A DNA stretch of 64,000 nt, taken from positions 1 to 64,000 of the IMG/VR virus record IMGVR_UViG_3300037246_000990; one strand, written 5' to 3'. Source of the DNA: a virus. Positions within the stretch are counted from its first letter, which is position 1; every line of letters begins with the position of its first letter. The notes beneath the pieces are model-generated. The model saw nothing but the letters and a program-made list of their open reading frames with translations, ran no database searches and was not told the origin of the DNA. Positions 37,843 through 45,915 of this stretch are shown in pieces. The position numbers and the translations under genes are program-made.

Positions 37843-38068
37843 AGAGACTCTGATCACTATCGATGCCTTCCGGATTACTCAACGCCCCTGGAACTCAAGC
37901 TCTGTATATATCGAGCATTATTGTAATGGGGAATACACCGGACGTGGCCCGGGTTGGTTGGTTCACGCTTGCGACACCAGAGCCAGCCAACACCCTTGCT
38001 GCTTCTGCAAAGAGAAACCAGCAGACGGGATCCAGGCCATGTTCTGGTTCTTGAAGGAAGGGTCATGA
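37835..38068 (+). CDS. HxC...CxxC family protein
   Basis: DAFRI, EHYC, CCFCKEKPADGIQAM. Confidence 0.75.
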   Translation: MNKETLITIDAFRITQRPWNSSSVYIEHYCNGEYTGRGPGWLVHACDTRASQHPCCFCKEKPADGIQAMFWFLKEGS

Positions 38069-38304
38069 CAGTTCTGATCACTATCGGTAAGTTCCGGCTT
38101 ACCTACCGCGACCGCATCGCCTCGGGCATGCGTGATGTCTGCATCGAGCATAAATGCGAAAGCGCGAACGCCTGGCCCATGAAAGGCTGGCATCCTTTCG
38201 TTTACGGGCTCGACTACCGGGGTATTTCGTGTTTCGCATGTCATGCGACCCCTGATGAAGGTATCCAGGCCATGTTCTGGTTCTTGAAGGAAGCCCGTGA
38301 CTAA
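38065..38304 (+). CDS. HxC...CxxC family protein
   Basis: GKFRL, EHKC, CFACHATPDEGIQAM. Confidence 0.75.
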   Translation: MTVLITIGKFRLTYRDRIASGMRDVCIEHKCESANAWPMKGWHPFVYGLDYRGISCFACHATPDEGIQAMFWFLKEARD

Positions 38305-38536
38305 ACAAACCCACATTACAGATGGGAACTGGCGCGTCACAGGCTGGAACGACTCAGGTATCTATGCGTATACCATGATCGAGCATTTATGCGTCAAACA
38401 CCCAGACCTCTCTGGATGGTGCGACCTGAGCTACGGCGTTGCGTATCGCGGGATGCCTTGCATGTACTGCAAGAAATCCGCTCCGGGGGGCATCCAGGCT
38501 GTGTACTGGTTCTTGAAGGATAACGAACTGAAATGA
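38297..38536 (+). CDS. HxC...CxxC family protein
   Basis: GNWRV, EHLC, CMYCKKSAPGGIQAV. Confidence 0.75.
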   Translation: MTKQTHITDGNWRVTGWNDSGIYAYTMIEHLCVKHPDLSGWCDLSYGVAYRGMPCMYCKKSAPGGIQAVYWFLKDNELK

Positions 38537-38832
38537 CTAAAGACGAATGCGAAGTCAAGCTCGAAATGGGCGATTGGATGATAGCGAAGTTCTATGCATC
38601 GAGCGTACACTTCATGTACCACCGATGTCATATTGATAAAGTGTCGTATTACGCAGCGATGTTCCACGAACTGGCGTTCTCTCCAAGAGCAGGATGCTCC
38701 AACCCCTGCTGGGCCTGTGCTGGTTGTGGAGCCTCGGTTCCAGAGGAGCTGGAAACCGTGTATCTACTGCTCGAATCAGAGTACGCGTACGACATCATGC
38801 AAAAGCACCAAAACACCTTAAATAACACCTAA
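38533..38832 (+). CDS. HxC...CxxC family protein
   Basis: GDWMI, YHRC, CAGCGASVPEELETV. Confidence 0.75.
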   Translation: MTKDECEVKLEMGDWMIAKFYASSVHFMYHRCHIDKVSYYAAMFHELAFSPRAGCSNPCWACAGCGASVPEELETVYLLLESEYAYDIMQKHQNTLNNT

Positions 38833-39354
38833 ATCAGGCCATTTTCGGGGTCTGATACCCGAGTCCCGACTCAACCCAGTCAAGAGATTCGTAAGAAACA
38901 ACATAGACTTACCATAAATACCTCTAGTACCACCAAGAACCACCATGTGTATATTATAACCCCCATTCCGGCCCTCTAGACCTCCTGTCCTCTGGTCTTG
39001 GGTGTTATAACACCAAGGAATAAGACTAACTACACGTAAATAAAGGCATTATTGCGAATGACAGGTACGATTCTAGCACATAAAGAGCAAAAAGGGTCTA
39101 AAACTACACAGATTCAGCTAATCCCGCGATCTAGTTGGATATATTAAGCTGATGGCAAGACCAACAGACCCACCCCCCCTTAAAAACAGTAGTAGGTACC
39201 TCTATGCTGTAACTCCCTGGCATTGAAGCACTATATCTGTAACCCCACGTCCTTGCTCGGGTATTATCAGTAGAAAACAAGGTCACTATACGGTGTCAGT
39301 CTCAGCCCTCCGAGGGGAAGCTATTTAGTATGGACCGGAGGCAAGTCGGCGGCG

Positions 39355-39367
39355 TAAGTAGTTGATT
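39355..39367 (-). promoter_or_regulatory. IHF consensus site
   Basis: AATCAACTACTTA matches WATCAANNNNTTR. Confidence 0.45.
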
Positions 39368-39378
39368 TTATTGACGTT

Positions 39379-39407
39379 TTGACTTTCTCGACCGGATGTG
39401 CGACACT
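39379..39407 (+). promoter_or_regulatory. sigma70 promoter with extended -10
   Basis: TTGACT-N17-GACACT with TG at the extended -10 position. Confidence 0.55.
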
Positions 39408-39470
39408 TGAAAAGTCGAGCGGCGGACAATCCGCTGCTACGGTAAACTAAACCCGACATCAGAGAACCAA

Positions 39471-39722
39471 ATGTACAGACTCAGCAAACGACCCAGCCCG
39501 ATGACCATGTTTGTCAGTGCTTGCGACACGGTGAGACGCCAAGAGGCCAAAATCGACGTACAATGTCGCAAACTGGAGGGTCTAAAGGCCTTGGTCCTGG
39601 CCCAAGAGCATAGGATCGAGATAGCAGAGCGCAAGAAGCGACACCTTGAGAAACTCCGGTGGGACAGAGAGCTAATGCTTGGCTTCACTAAAGCCGAGAA
39701 AAAGATCACAACTAGGGCATAA
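39471..39722 (+). CDS. hypothetical protein
   Basis: 83 aa, first gene after the promoter. Confidence 0.5.
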   Translation: MYRLSKRPSPMTMFVSACDTVRRQEAKIDVQCRKLEGLKALVLAQEHRIEIAERKKRHLEKLRWDRELMLGFTKAEKKITTRA

Positions 39723-39751
39723 TGCCCCAGTCACGTAGGAAGGAGAACACC

Positions 39752-40048
39752 ATGACCAAGACACAACTGAAGGCAGCAAAGGCGGAACTCAAACGGATCA
39801 ATGACTTCATCGCAAAGCACGAACTCGGCGCCGGAGGGTTCGAAATCACAGAGAACGTGGTGAACACCAAGGCCCACGGTGAACGCTACGTGTTCGTGAA
39901 GCTCGACAAGGACGACTTGAAGCTGCGTAAGCAGCTCAAGGGTATTCGCTACGGTGAGCAGGGGCGAGGTAAGGCACGCTGGAACCGCGAAGCGATGCTC
40001 TGGAGCATCAAGGCATCGGCGCTCGATGGCACCGTGTTCGGGTCGTAG
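39752..40048 (+). CDS. basic early protein, paralogue of 43088..43474
   Basis: KAELKRIN.FI...IRYG..GRGKARWN....WSI; AGGAG RBS. Confidence 0.7.
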   Translation: MTKTQLKAAKAELKRINDFIAKHELGAGGFEITENVVNTKAHGERYVFVKLDKDDLKLRKQLKGIRYGEQGRGKARWNREAMLWSIKASALDGTVFGS

Positions 40049-40137
40049 CGTGGAGATCCTAGTCTGTCTGATAGTCGTCATGGTACTGTACCTATGCCTT
40101 CGTGACGGCTGCTAAAGCTGATCTGGCAGCATAGTAA

Positions 40138-40198
40138 CATAGCTCAAAGGCACAAAGGGTACCATTAACGACCTTTGTAGCCTTTGGTCTATGATGCA
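40138..40198 (+). repeat. 61-nt structured hairpin element, copy 1
   Basis: identical to 40737..40797; CATAG/CTATG, CAAAGGC/GCCTTTG, ACAAAGG/CCTTTGT stems. Confidence 0.9.
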
Positions 40199-40226
40199 TA
40201 CCGCATTGTAGCCACAAGAGGGTATT

Positions 40227-40439
40227 ATGAAATACATAACAAAGCCGGAAAAGGCCGAGGCTGAAGTGACGACAAAGACCACCGACGAGGGTGTGAACGT
40301 GATCATCAATGGGTGCGTTGTGTTGGCGTTCAAGAATGGCGACGACAGAGTGCAGCTCATCAAAGGTGTCAGTGAGGCCAGGACAGGGCTTCGGACGGAC
40401 AATGTTGGGCTTGTCTTTGTCAACGTGTGTGCTGAGTAG
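40227..40439 (+). CDS. hypothetical protein
   Basis: 70 aa, GAGGG RBS after the hairpin. Confidence 0.6.
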   Translation: MKYITKPEKAEAEVTTKTTDEGVNVIINGCVVLAFKNGDDRVQLIKGVSEARTGLRTDNVGLVFVNVCAE

Positions 40440-40471
40440 GAGAGCGAAGCTCTCCCCAAGGCCACAAGAGG
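40436..40471 (+). repeat. stop-overlapping hairpin + CAAGGCCACAAGAGG element, copy 1
   Basis: near-identical to 41071..41105. Confidence 0.85.
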
Positions 40472-40486
40472 CTCGAATGACGTTAT

Positions 40487-40586
40487 CATAGCTCAATGGC
40501 GCAAGGCTCGGTGCCCTCAACGAAGCAGGGTCCGGGAGCCTATAACGGCAAACCGAAAGGGGCCTTGTTGCCATTGGTCTATGCTG
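40487..40586 (+). repeat. hairpin element, expanded variant
   Basis: same outer stem (CATAGCTCAATGGC...GCCATTGGTCTATG) with a larger internal insert. Confidence 0.8.
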
Positions 40587-40590
40587 TGTT

Positions 40591-40613
40591 GGTACTAGGA
40601 GTATTTACTGTAA
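40591..40613 (+). promoter_or_regulatory. GTACTAGGRGTATTTACTGT motif, copy 1
   Basis: repeated at 41131 and 42549; inverted variant at 38908-38931. Confidence 0.7.
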
Positions 40614-40736
40614 TTCTTTGCCTTTATTCGAGGTTCAACCATGATATTGAAATGTCCTAAGTGCGGCAAGACAGTGAAAACGTGGTGGTCGGCTGTCGTA
40701 GGGTGCCTAAGGTGCAGACCACTGACCATTGGGTAG

Positions 40737-40797
40737 CATAGCTCAAAGGCACAAAGGGTACCATTAACGACCTTTGTAGCCTTTGGTCTATGATGCA
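40737..40797 (+). repeat. 61-nt structured hairpin element, copy 2
   Basis: identical to 40138..40198. Confidence 0.9.
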
Positions 40798-40825
40798 CTG
40801 GGTATCATAGTCACAGGAGTGTCAA

Positions 40826-41074
40826 ATGAAAGTTCATATGGTAGTCCGCATAGATAGCTATGGTGTCACAATCATCGGGCCATTCAAAGACCGCGAAGCA
40901 GCCAAGCAGTATCAGGAGCGCAGAGTCAAGCTTCTGAGAGAGGAAGAGGTCAAAGGGATAAGTCTTCGAGGGGGAGTGGCGTTCCTCATCAATACGGTCA
41001 ACGAGCCCATAGAATCACTGATGGTCGAAGAGGCCAAAGCCAAGACCTGTGGCTGCTGTGAGCACGGGAAGTAG
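40826..41074 (+). CDS. hypothetical protein with C-terminal CxCC motif
   Basis: 82 aa, AGGAG RBS, ends TCGCCEHGK. Confidence 0.6.
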   Translation: MKVHMVVRIDSYGVTIIGPFKDREAAKQYQERRVKLLREEEVKGISLRGGVAFLINTVNEPIESLMVEEAKAKTCGCCEHGK

Positions 41075-41105
41075 GAGAGCGTAGTTCTCCCAAGGCCACA
41101 AGAGG
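41071..41105 (+). repeat. stop-overlapping hairpin + CAAGGCCACAAGAGG element, copy 2
   Basis: near-identical to 40436..40471. Confidence 0.85.
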
Positions 41106-41130
41106 ACTAGAGATCAAGAGGGTAGGTCTT

Positions 41131-41151
41131 GGTACTAGGGGTATTTACTGT
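41131..41151 (+). promoter_or_regulatory. GTACTAGGRGTATTTACTGT motif, copy 2
   Basis: intergenic, upstream of CTTTGACATAGGAGAC RBS. Confidence 0.7.
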
Positions 41152-41193
41152 GAGTTGGGTATTTTCTTTGGATTCTTTGACATAGGAGACGAC

Positions 41194-42539
41194 ATGCGAA
41201 GAAGCAAAGGTTCAGGGCTCAACAACCTTGAACTGATGGTAGACGCTGGTATGCCCTTGAAGAAGGCGCTTCAAGACGCCGACGCTCAGATTGAGTGGGC
41301 TCAAAACATATACCCCGAGGTCGTGTCATTCCGTTGGTATCGGAGGTTGCATGGCCTTCGAGCGGGTATCATCAGGTCATTGAAGGTTGAAGGGAGGTAG
41401 TATGATCTCAAACATCGAGATGCGAAGGGACACATTAAAGCTGGTAGCTGAGAAGCTACAACGAATCGACCTGGTGGAGGCTGCCATGGACATAGTAGCC
41501 TTCAAGCTGGCAGCAAGGGCCATGATGGTCGAGCTGGAGCTGGACAGAGGGCTCAGTAAGGGACAGGGGCAGCGATGTGGGTCTTAGTCATACAAGGTGA
41601 CTGTGGCGTTGCTGTCTGTAACCCACCAACAGGTAGCATTCTTGCAACGAAGGTGATCGGTCCTTTTCGCACTGAACTGGGAGCGATGCAGCATTGTGAT
41701 AAGTTTTACAGTGGGCTCACCTCCGAGGACAATGTGATTCAGGCTACGGTGATGTTTGCTGATAGCCCTGAAGAACTGACTGTGAACTAGGAGGTGCGTA
41801 TGCTGTTGACTGAGGTAATCTCTGAGGTGATAGCTGAGTACCCCAAGGGTGACTGGTGCTTCTTGGTTGGTGAGATCATGCGTCGAACGGAAGGGATCCA
41901 TGAACCTTGGATAGTAATGGCTGGACTCGAACGACAAGGGAGGACGATGACAAAGGCAGAGTACGAGGAACATAGGCGTAGGTACGACAATGGTTGTAAG
42001 TGCTGTCCTCAAGAGATATAACAGGAGACACGATGAGCGAGAAATACAAGTCTTGTAAGAAGGCCGTATACCAACACGGAGAAGTCATGTTCATCGAACC
42101 TATGCCAGCAATAGAAGCTGAGCGCATAGTTAGATCCCTAAGAGAGAGATGGCCTGGGTGGTGGGTGGACTGGCACTACGCCGCAGGGAGAGCGGTGTTT
42201 AAGAAGCTTCGCAAACCGTGGTGGCTACGAATCTTCTGTGGTCGCAACATGAACGATGACTAAGGAGACCCAATGAAGCAGGGAACAACGCATACCTGTC
42301 ACCCGCACATGGGGACTGGCTGGTACCTTGGTGGCCCTGAAGGGGACATCATGGGCATGATGGAGATGAAAGGCTCCAGTAGTGCGCTCGGCCTCGTACC
42401 CACTGCATGGATACAGTACCCTGGGTACTCCGCTGAGTTGATGACAGGCTTTGAAGGACTCGTGAAAATGACTTTGAAGGCGGCAGATAAGGTTGACATG
42501 GTGGTGGACATGACAGTGGACTCAATACACAGGAGCTAG
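41194..42539 (+). other. run of about six small coupled hypothetical genes
   Basis: ORFs ending 41400, 41587, 41790, 42021, 42263, 42539 with GGAG RBSs. Confidence 0.55.
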
Positions 42540-42548
42540 GTAGCCTCT

Positions 42549-42570
42549 GTACTAGGGGTATTTACTGTAA
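42549..42570 (+). promoter_or_regulatory. GTACTAGGRGTATTTACTGT motif, copy 3
   Basis: intergenic, upstream of CTTTGCCATAGGAGAC RBS. Confidence 0.7.
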
Positions 42571-42678
42571 GTTTGTTGCTTTTCCTTTGCCATAGGAGAC
42601 TCGAATGATCGTTTTCATCTGTGTTGTCGTGGTTCTAGGTGTGACCAGTGCTGCCTCGTTGTGGTGGGGCTCTGAGGC

Positions 42679-42918
42679 ATGACAACTCAGTACGTTATCT
42701 CAGCGCTGTTCACACTGGGTGACTGGTGTATCAGCAGCGACCCAACGGCACTACCTCGACACTATGCAGCTCATCGCTGTCCTGGTAAACACACGTACAC
42801 AACATGGGCTTGGGCTGTACCAGACTCTAGATTTAACAGGTTCGTGTGTTACTACTGCCATGAGTCTGTGCCTGATGAGATACAAGGGCTACTGGTCTTG
42901 CTCTCATCAAAGATATAA
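42679..42918 (+). CDS. HxC...CxxC family protein
   Basis: LFTLGDWCI, AHRC, CYYCHESVPDEIQGL. Confidence 0.8.
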   Translation: MTTQYVISALFTLGDWCISSDPTALPRHYAAHRCPGKHTYTTWAWAVPDSRFNRFVCYYCHESVPDEIQGLLVLLSSKI

Positions 42919-42926
42919 CGGGTGAG

Positions 42927-42955
42927 TTGACAACCTGCTCGATTTGTGTCATAAT
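42927..42955 (+). promoter_or_regulatory. strong sigma70 promoter
   Basis: TTGACA-N17-CATAAT with extended TG. Confidence 0.75.
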
Positions 42956-43087
42956 GTGGGGCAGATCGACCGGCAGATTCATTGAGGTGTGTGTCTCAAT
43001 GGATGTGTTGGTCAATGAGGTCAGCACACTGAGGGTTAGCTTGGTGGGCATAGTGCCACACTGAGAGGCCCTCAATAGGAGAATCAA

Positions 43088-43474
43088 ATGCCCAAGAAGA
43101 TGAGCGTCAAAGAAATGAAAGCCGAACTCAAACGACTCAATGCCTTCATCGGCAGCGAGCAAGGCTCGAAGTCCGAAGGGAATTTCGGACGAGTCATCGG
43201 ATACCGGAACGACAAGAACAGCGACGAGTACGGTACTGAGTACACGTTCATGGAGTTCGTGGACGCCAACGACGTGCCTCTCGGTTCCCCTCGGGGCAAC
43301 TCGGAGGCCGAAGAGGTGCTGAAGGCGATTAAGAAGATCCGCTTCGGCAAGAACAAGCGAGGAAAGGCACGGTTCAACAAGAAGGCCGGTGCTTGGAGCA
43401 TCCAGACCGAGCACGTCCCGTCTTTCGTAACGATGGGTACCAAGAACAAGGCGGGTAAGTTCACAGCCAAGTAG
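43088..43474 (+). CDS. basic early protein, paralogue of 39752..40048
   Basis: KAELKRLNAFI...IRFGKNKRGKARFN....WSI. Confidence 0.75.
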   Translation: MPKKMSVKEMKAELKRLNAFIGSEQGSKSEGNFGRVIGYRNDKNSDEYGTEYTFMEFVDANDVPLGSPRGNSEAEEVLKAIKKIRFGKNKRGKARFNKKAGAWSIQTEHVPSFVTMGTKNKAGKFTAK

Positions 43475-43484
43475 CATAGATGTA

Positions 43485-43561
43485 GCAGGAGTTAGTTTAA
43501 CAAGGTAAAACAGTGGGTTGTGGCCCCGCCGAAGTGGGTTCGAGTCCTACACTCCTGACCA
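43485..43561 (+). tRNA. tRNA-His(GUG)
   Basis: acceptor CAGGAGT/ACTCCTG, anticodon arm GTGGG-TTGTGGC-CCCGC, GTTCGAGT T-loop, encoded CCA; G at -1 and A73. Confidence 0.9.
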
Positions 43562-43567
43562 CAGTTC

Positions 43568-43628
43568 GATAGCTCAATGGCACAGAGGGTACCATCAGCG
43601 ACCTCTGGAGCCATTGGCCTATGGTGCA
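43568..43628 (+). repeat. hairpin element, covariant copy directly after tRNA-His
   Basis: compensatory changes relative to copies 1 and 2. Confidence 0.85.
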
Positions 43629-44128
43629 TGAGGTGCCATGTAGAGGAGACAACATGAAACAAATAGAACGAATGTGGTTCAAGAAGGCTCTGAGACTGGC
43701 AACCAGAGGCCCCAAGGGTAGCAAGGGTGTCTGGGTGTACTTGGAGAACGACAAGAGGCCGACGCTGGTGCATCCGAACTACAGCCTGTCCCGAGGGCTG
43801 ATCCAGGGGAGGTGGTAGTGAGGGTTGCGATGGCGTTGTTCATAGCGATGGTCGCTGGGTTTTTCTACCTTGCGATGTCGTTCGACATCTCAGAGTACCG
43901 AAGCACTGACCTACCGCAAGGGGTGTTCCCTTGCGAGCTGTTGTAGCATGGAGGTAGCATGGAGTATTATGTACTGCTGGTCAAGGTGGCAACGGGAGCC
44001 AACAAGTACCTTGTTGTGTTTCAAGACGACGACACTGGTGCTTTGGTGTTGTATGACAAGTGGGACGATGAGGTAGGTGCCTTGGCGATGGCTGAGTACC
44101 TCAACAGTGGCAAAGGGTAGGAGACACG

Positions 44129-44350
44129 ATGGTAGACCTAGAAGCAGACATCGAAGGCTTGAAGGCTAAGATCGAGGCGCTTCAAAGATCAAAGAGGCGT
44201 ATGATCAAGGCTCACATGGGTCTCATCAAGGAGAACAAACGCAAGAAGAGGCAAGCTAAGAGGCTGGCCCAGATGCTGGAAGCAGGAGAAAATCTCTACG
44301 GTAGCTACGCAGACTGGACAGCGGAGCAGTTCGGAGAGGCACCGAAGTGA
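44129..44350 (+). CDS. coiled-coil hypothetical protein
   Basis: 73 aa, AGGAG RBS. Confidence 0.55.
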   Translation: MVDLEADIEGLKAKIEALQRSKRRMIKAHMGLIKENKRKKRQAKRLAQMLEAGENLYGSYADWTAEQFGEAPK

Positions 44351-44625
44351 CAGCCTCGCCCGCTGCTTTGTTTACTCTGGGTGACTGGAGTATACACACG
44401 GACTCGAACACCGTGGAAGGCCCTAAATTCTACGCAAACCATAAGTGTACGAAGTACAACACGCAGCCAGCAGGCCGGGGTCTGTTGGCTGAGTATGTAA
44501 TGAGTCGGTTTGCGTGGGTCAAGGAGGATGATGGTTTCAAGTGCTATTACTGCCAAAAGCATGTGCCTGATGAGATACAAGGGATGCTGCTGATGTTCTG
44601 GTCGGGTATCAAAGGGAGTCGGTGA
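44347..44625 (+). CDS. HxC...CxxC family protein
   Basis: LFTLGDWSI, YANHKC, CYYCQKHVPDEIQGM. Confidence 0.8.
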   Translation: MTASPAALFTLGDWSIHTDSNTVEGPKFYANHKCTKYNTQPAGRGLLAEYVMSRFAWVKEDDGFKCYYCQKHVPDEIQGMLLMFWSGIKGSR

Positions 44626-44888
44626 TGGCCGAGACTTTGTTTACTCTGGGTGACTGGAGTATCGTGGATAACTATGAAGAAGAGTGCTTTGAGTACTACG
44701 CAAATCATAAGTGTGACCTCAAAGAATACAAGAGGGTACGCAAGCTAACCAACACTGCAGAGGTTAGACCTGGAAGCTATGCTTGGTTCAGCACGGACGA
44801 TCCAAATGTTTGTTACTACTGCTGTGTGCCTGTGCCTGCTGAGATCCAAGGTTTGATGGTGCTGCTCATGGCAGGAGTCAGGAGGTAA
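44622..44888 (+). CDS. HxC...CxxC family protein
   Basis: LFTLGDWSI, YANHKC, CYYCCVPVPAEIQGL. Confidence 0.8.
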   Translation: MMAETLFTLGDWSIVDNYEEECFEYYANHKCDLKEYKRVRKLTNTAEVRPGSYAWFSTDDPNVCYYCCVPVPAEIQGLMVLLMAGVRR

Positions 44889-45178
44889 CATGAACGACAC
44901 ACTCGCAGTAAGAATCGAACTACTCAAGGCAGAGGTAGCGAAGCAGAAGCTAGCTGCTTTGGAGCGTGACATGGATGATGCCATAGTACTAGCGTATCGT
45001 GCTGGTGTCTTGGCATGTCATCCGAACTTTCATTGGCGTGACCTGGAGGTACAGTGATGCTAAGTGATGTGCAGTTGCTTGAGGCCATAGGAGAGCGAGG
45101 AAAGAATCGAGATACAATACTACGGCTACGCATCGCACTACTAAGTGCACTAGCCTGCTTGCTACTGCATGTGATACC

Positions 45179-45493
45179 ATGAGTAAACCCGCCGGGTTCA
45201 GGCACTCCGAGATGTTCGTAGACGATACCTACCTAGAGCTAGAAGATAATTGGATGATACATAGGTATCGAAACCTCGGTGGCCGATGGAATGCTGGTGC
45301 TAGACACAAGCACGTTAATGATGCAAGATGTACCGGCACCAACTCAATAGACTCTGTGTATGCCTACCTCGACCATGATGCGGATGATGGCTGGAGCTGC
45401 ATGGTGTGTGGAGAGACAGCACCCGACCGAGTACTAGGGATGGAAAAGTTGGTTCAATACGGTAACAGGTGTGAAAACGAGGAGACACGATGA
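45179..45493 (+). CDS. family variant (HxH...CxxC)
   Basis: DNWMI, RHKH, CMVCGETAPDRVLGM. Confidence 0.7.
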   Translation: MSKPAGFRHSEMFVDDTYLELEDNWMIHRYRNLGGRWNAGARHKHVNDARCTGTNSIDSVYAYLDHDADDGWSCMVCGETAPDRVLGMEKLVQYGNRCENEETR

Positions 45494-45915
45494 GTACGTT
45501 AGAAGCGATAGCACTGTACGTGGTGGTTGCTGCTGTAATTGTGGGTTTCATTGCCGTGTTCAAGTTCATGCTCAAGATCAAAGCTCAGAGCGAGCTGATG
45601 GATACGCAGCGTGAGTCCTCCACTTGGGTCTGGGCTCGTGGTACCGGCAAGGGGATAGAACCATTGAGACCTTGGCCGAGGCACTCACACCAAGGGACGA
45701 TGCCGAGATGGGCCTCAGCATACAATGAGCATGAGGATGTGTACTTCAACGATCCCGCTGATGCGTATGAGTACGTGATAATGGCATTGGCGGACCTCAA
45801 TCGAGACATTGATAGGTTAGAGAACACAGTAGACAAAGGAGTAGCCTCTCATTGCAAGCACATGCAGCGTGAGTACTGGCTCAACAACCTCAAGGAATTC
45901 AGAGAGGACACATGA
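45490..45915 (+). CDS. membrane-anchored hypothetical protein
   Basis: N-terminal TM segment. Confidence 0.6.
   Translation: MSTLEAIALYVVVAAVIVGFIAVFKFMLKIKAQSELMDTQRESSTWVWARGTGKGIEPLRPWPRHSHQGTMPRWASAYNEHEDVYFNDPADAYEYVIMALADLNRDIDRLENTVDKGVASHCKHMQREYWLNNLKEFREDT

Larger units (their letters stand above)
38833..39470. other. long non-coding region (origin or genome-end candidate)
   Basis: no ORF of 60 aa or more; palindrome GGTGTTATAACACC at 39001-39014; IHF-like site; promoter at the right end. Confidence 0.5.

Noticed and set aside
33344-38832. Diversity-generating retroelement behind the paralogue variability
   Set aside because: No reverse transcriptase and no template/variable repeat pair with adenine-specific differences in this window; it cannot be excluded elsewhere in the genome.
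40545-40570. c-di-GMP-I riboswitch (GGCAAACC-GAAA-GG)
   Set aside because: The downstream ACGCAAAGC and second stem are missing.
40138-40797. Classical integron attC sites
   Set aside because: No RYYYAAC/GTTRRRY ends, and the recombinase shows no evident IntI-specific insertion.
40138-43628. CRISPR array interpretation of the repeated hairpins
   Set aside because: Repeats are 61 nt or longer, irregularly spaced and separated by whole genes; no cas genes are present.
43568-43640. Additional tRNA after tRNA-His (starts TAGCTCAATGG)
   Set aside because: No anticodon arm, T-arm or acceptor stem; it folds as one long hairpin.
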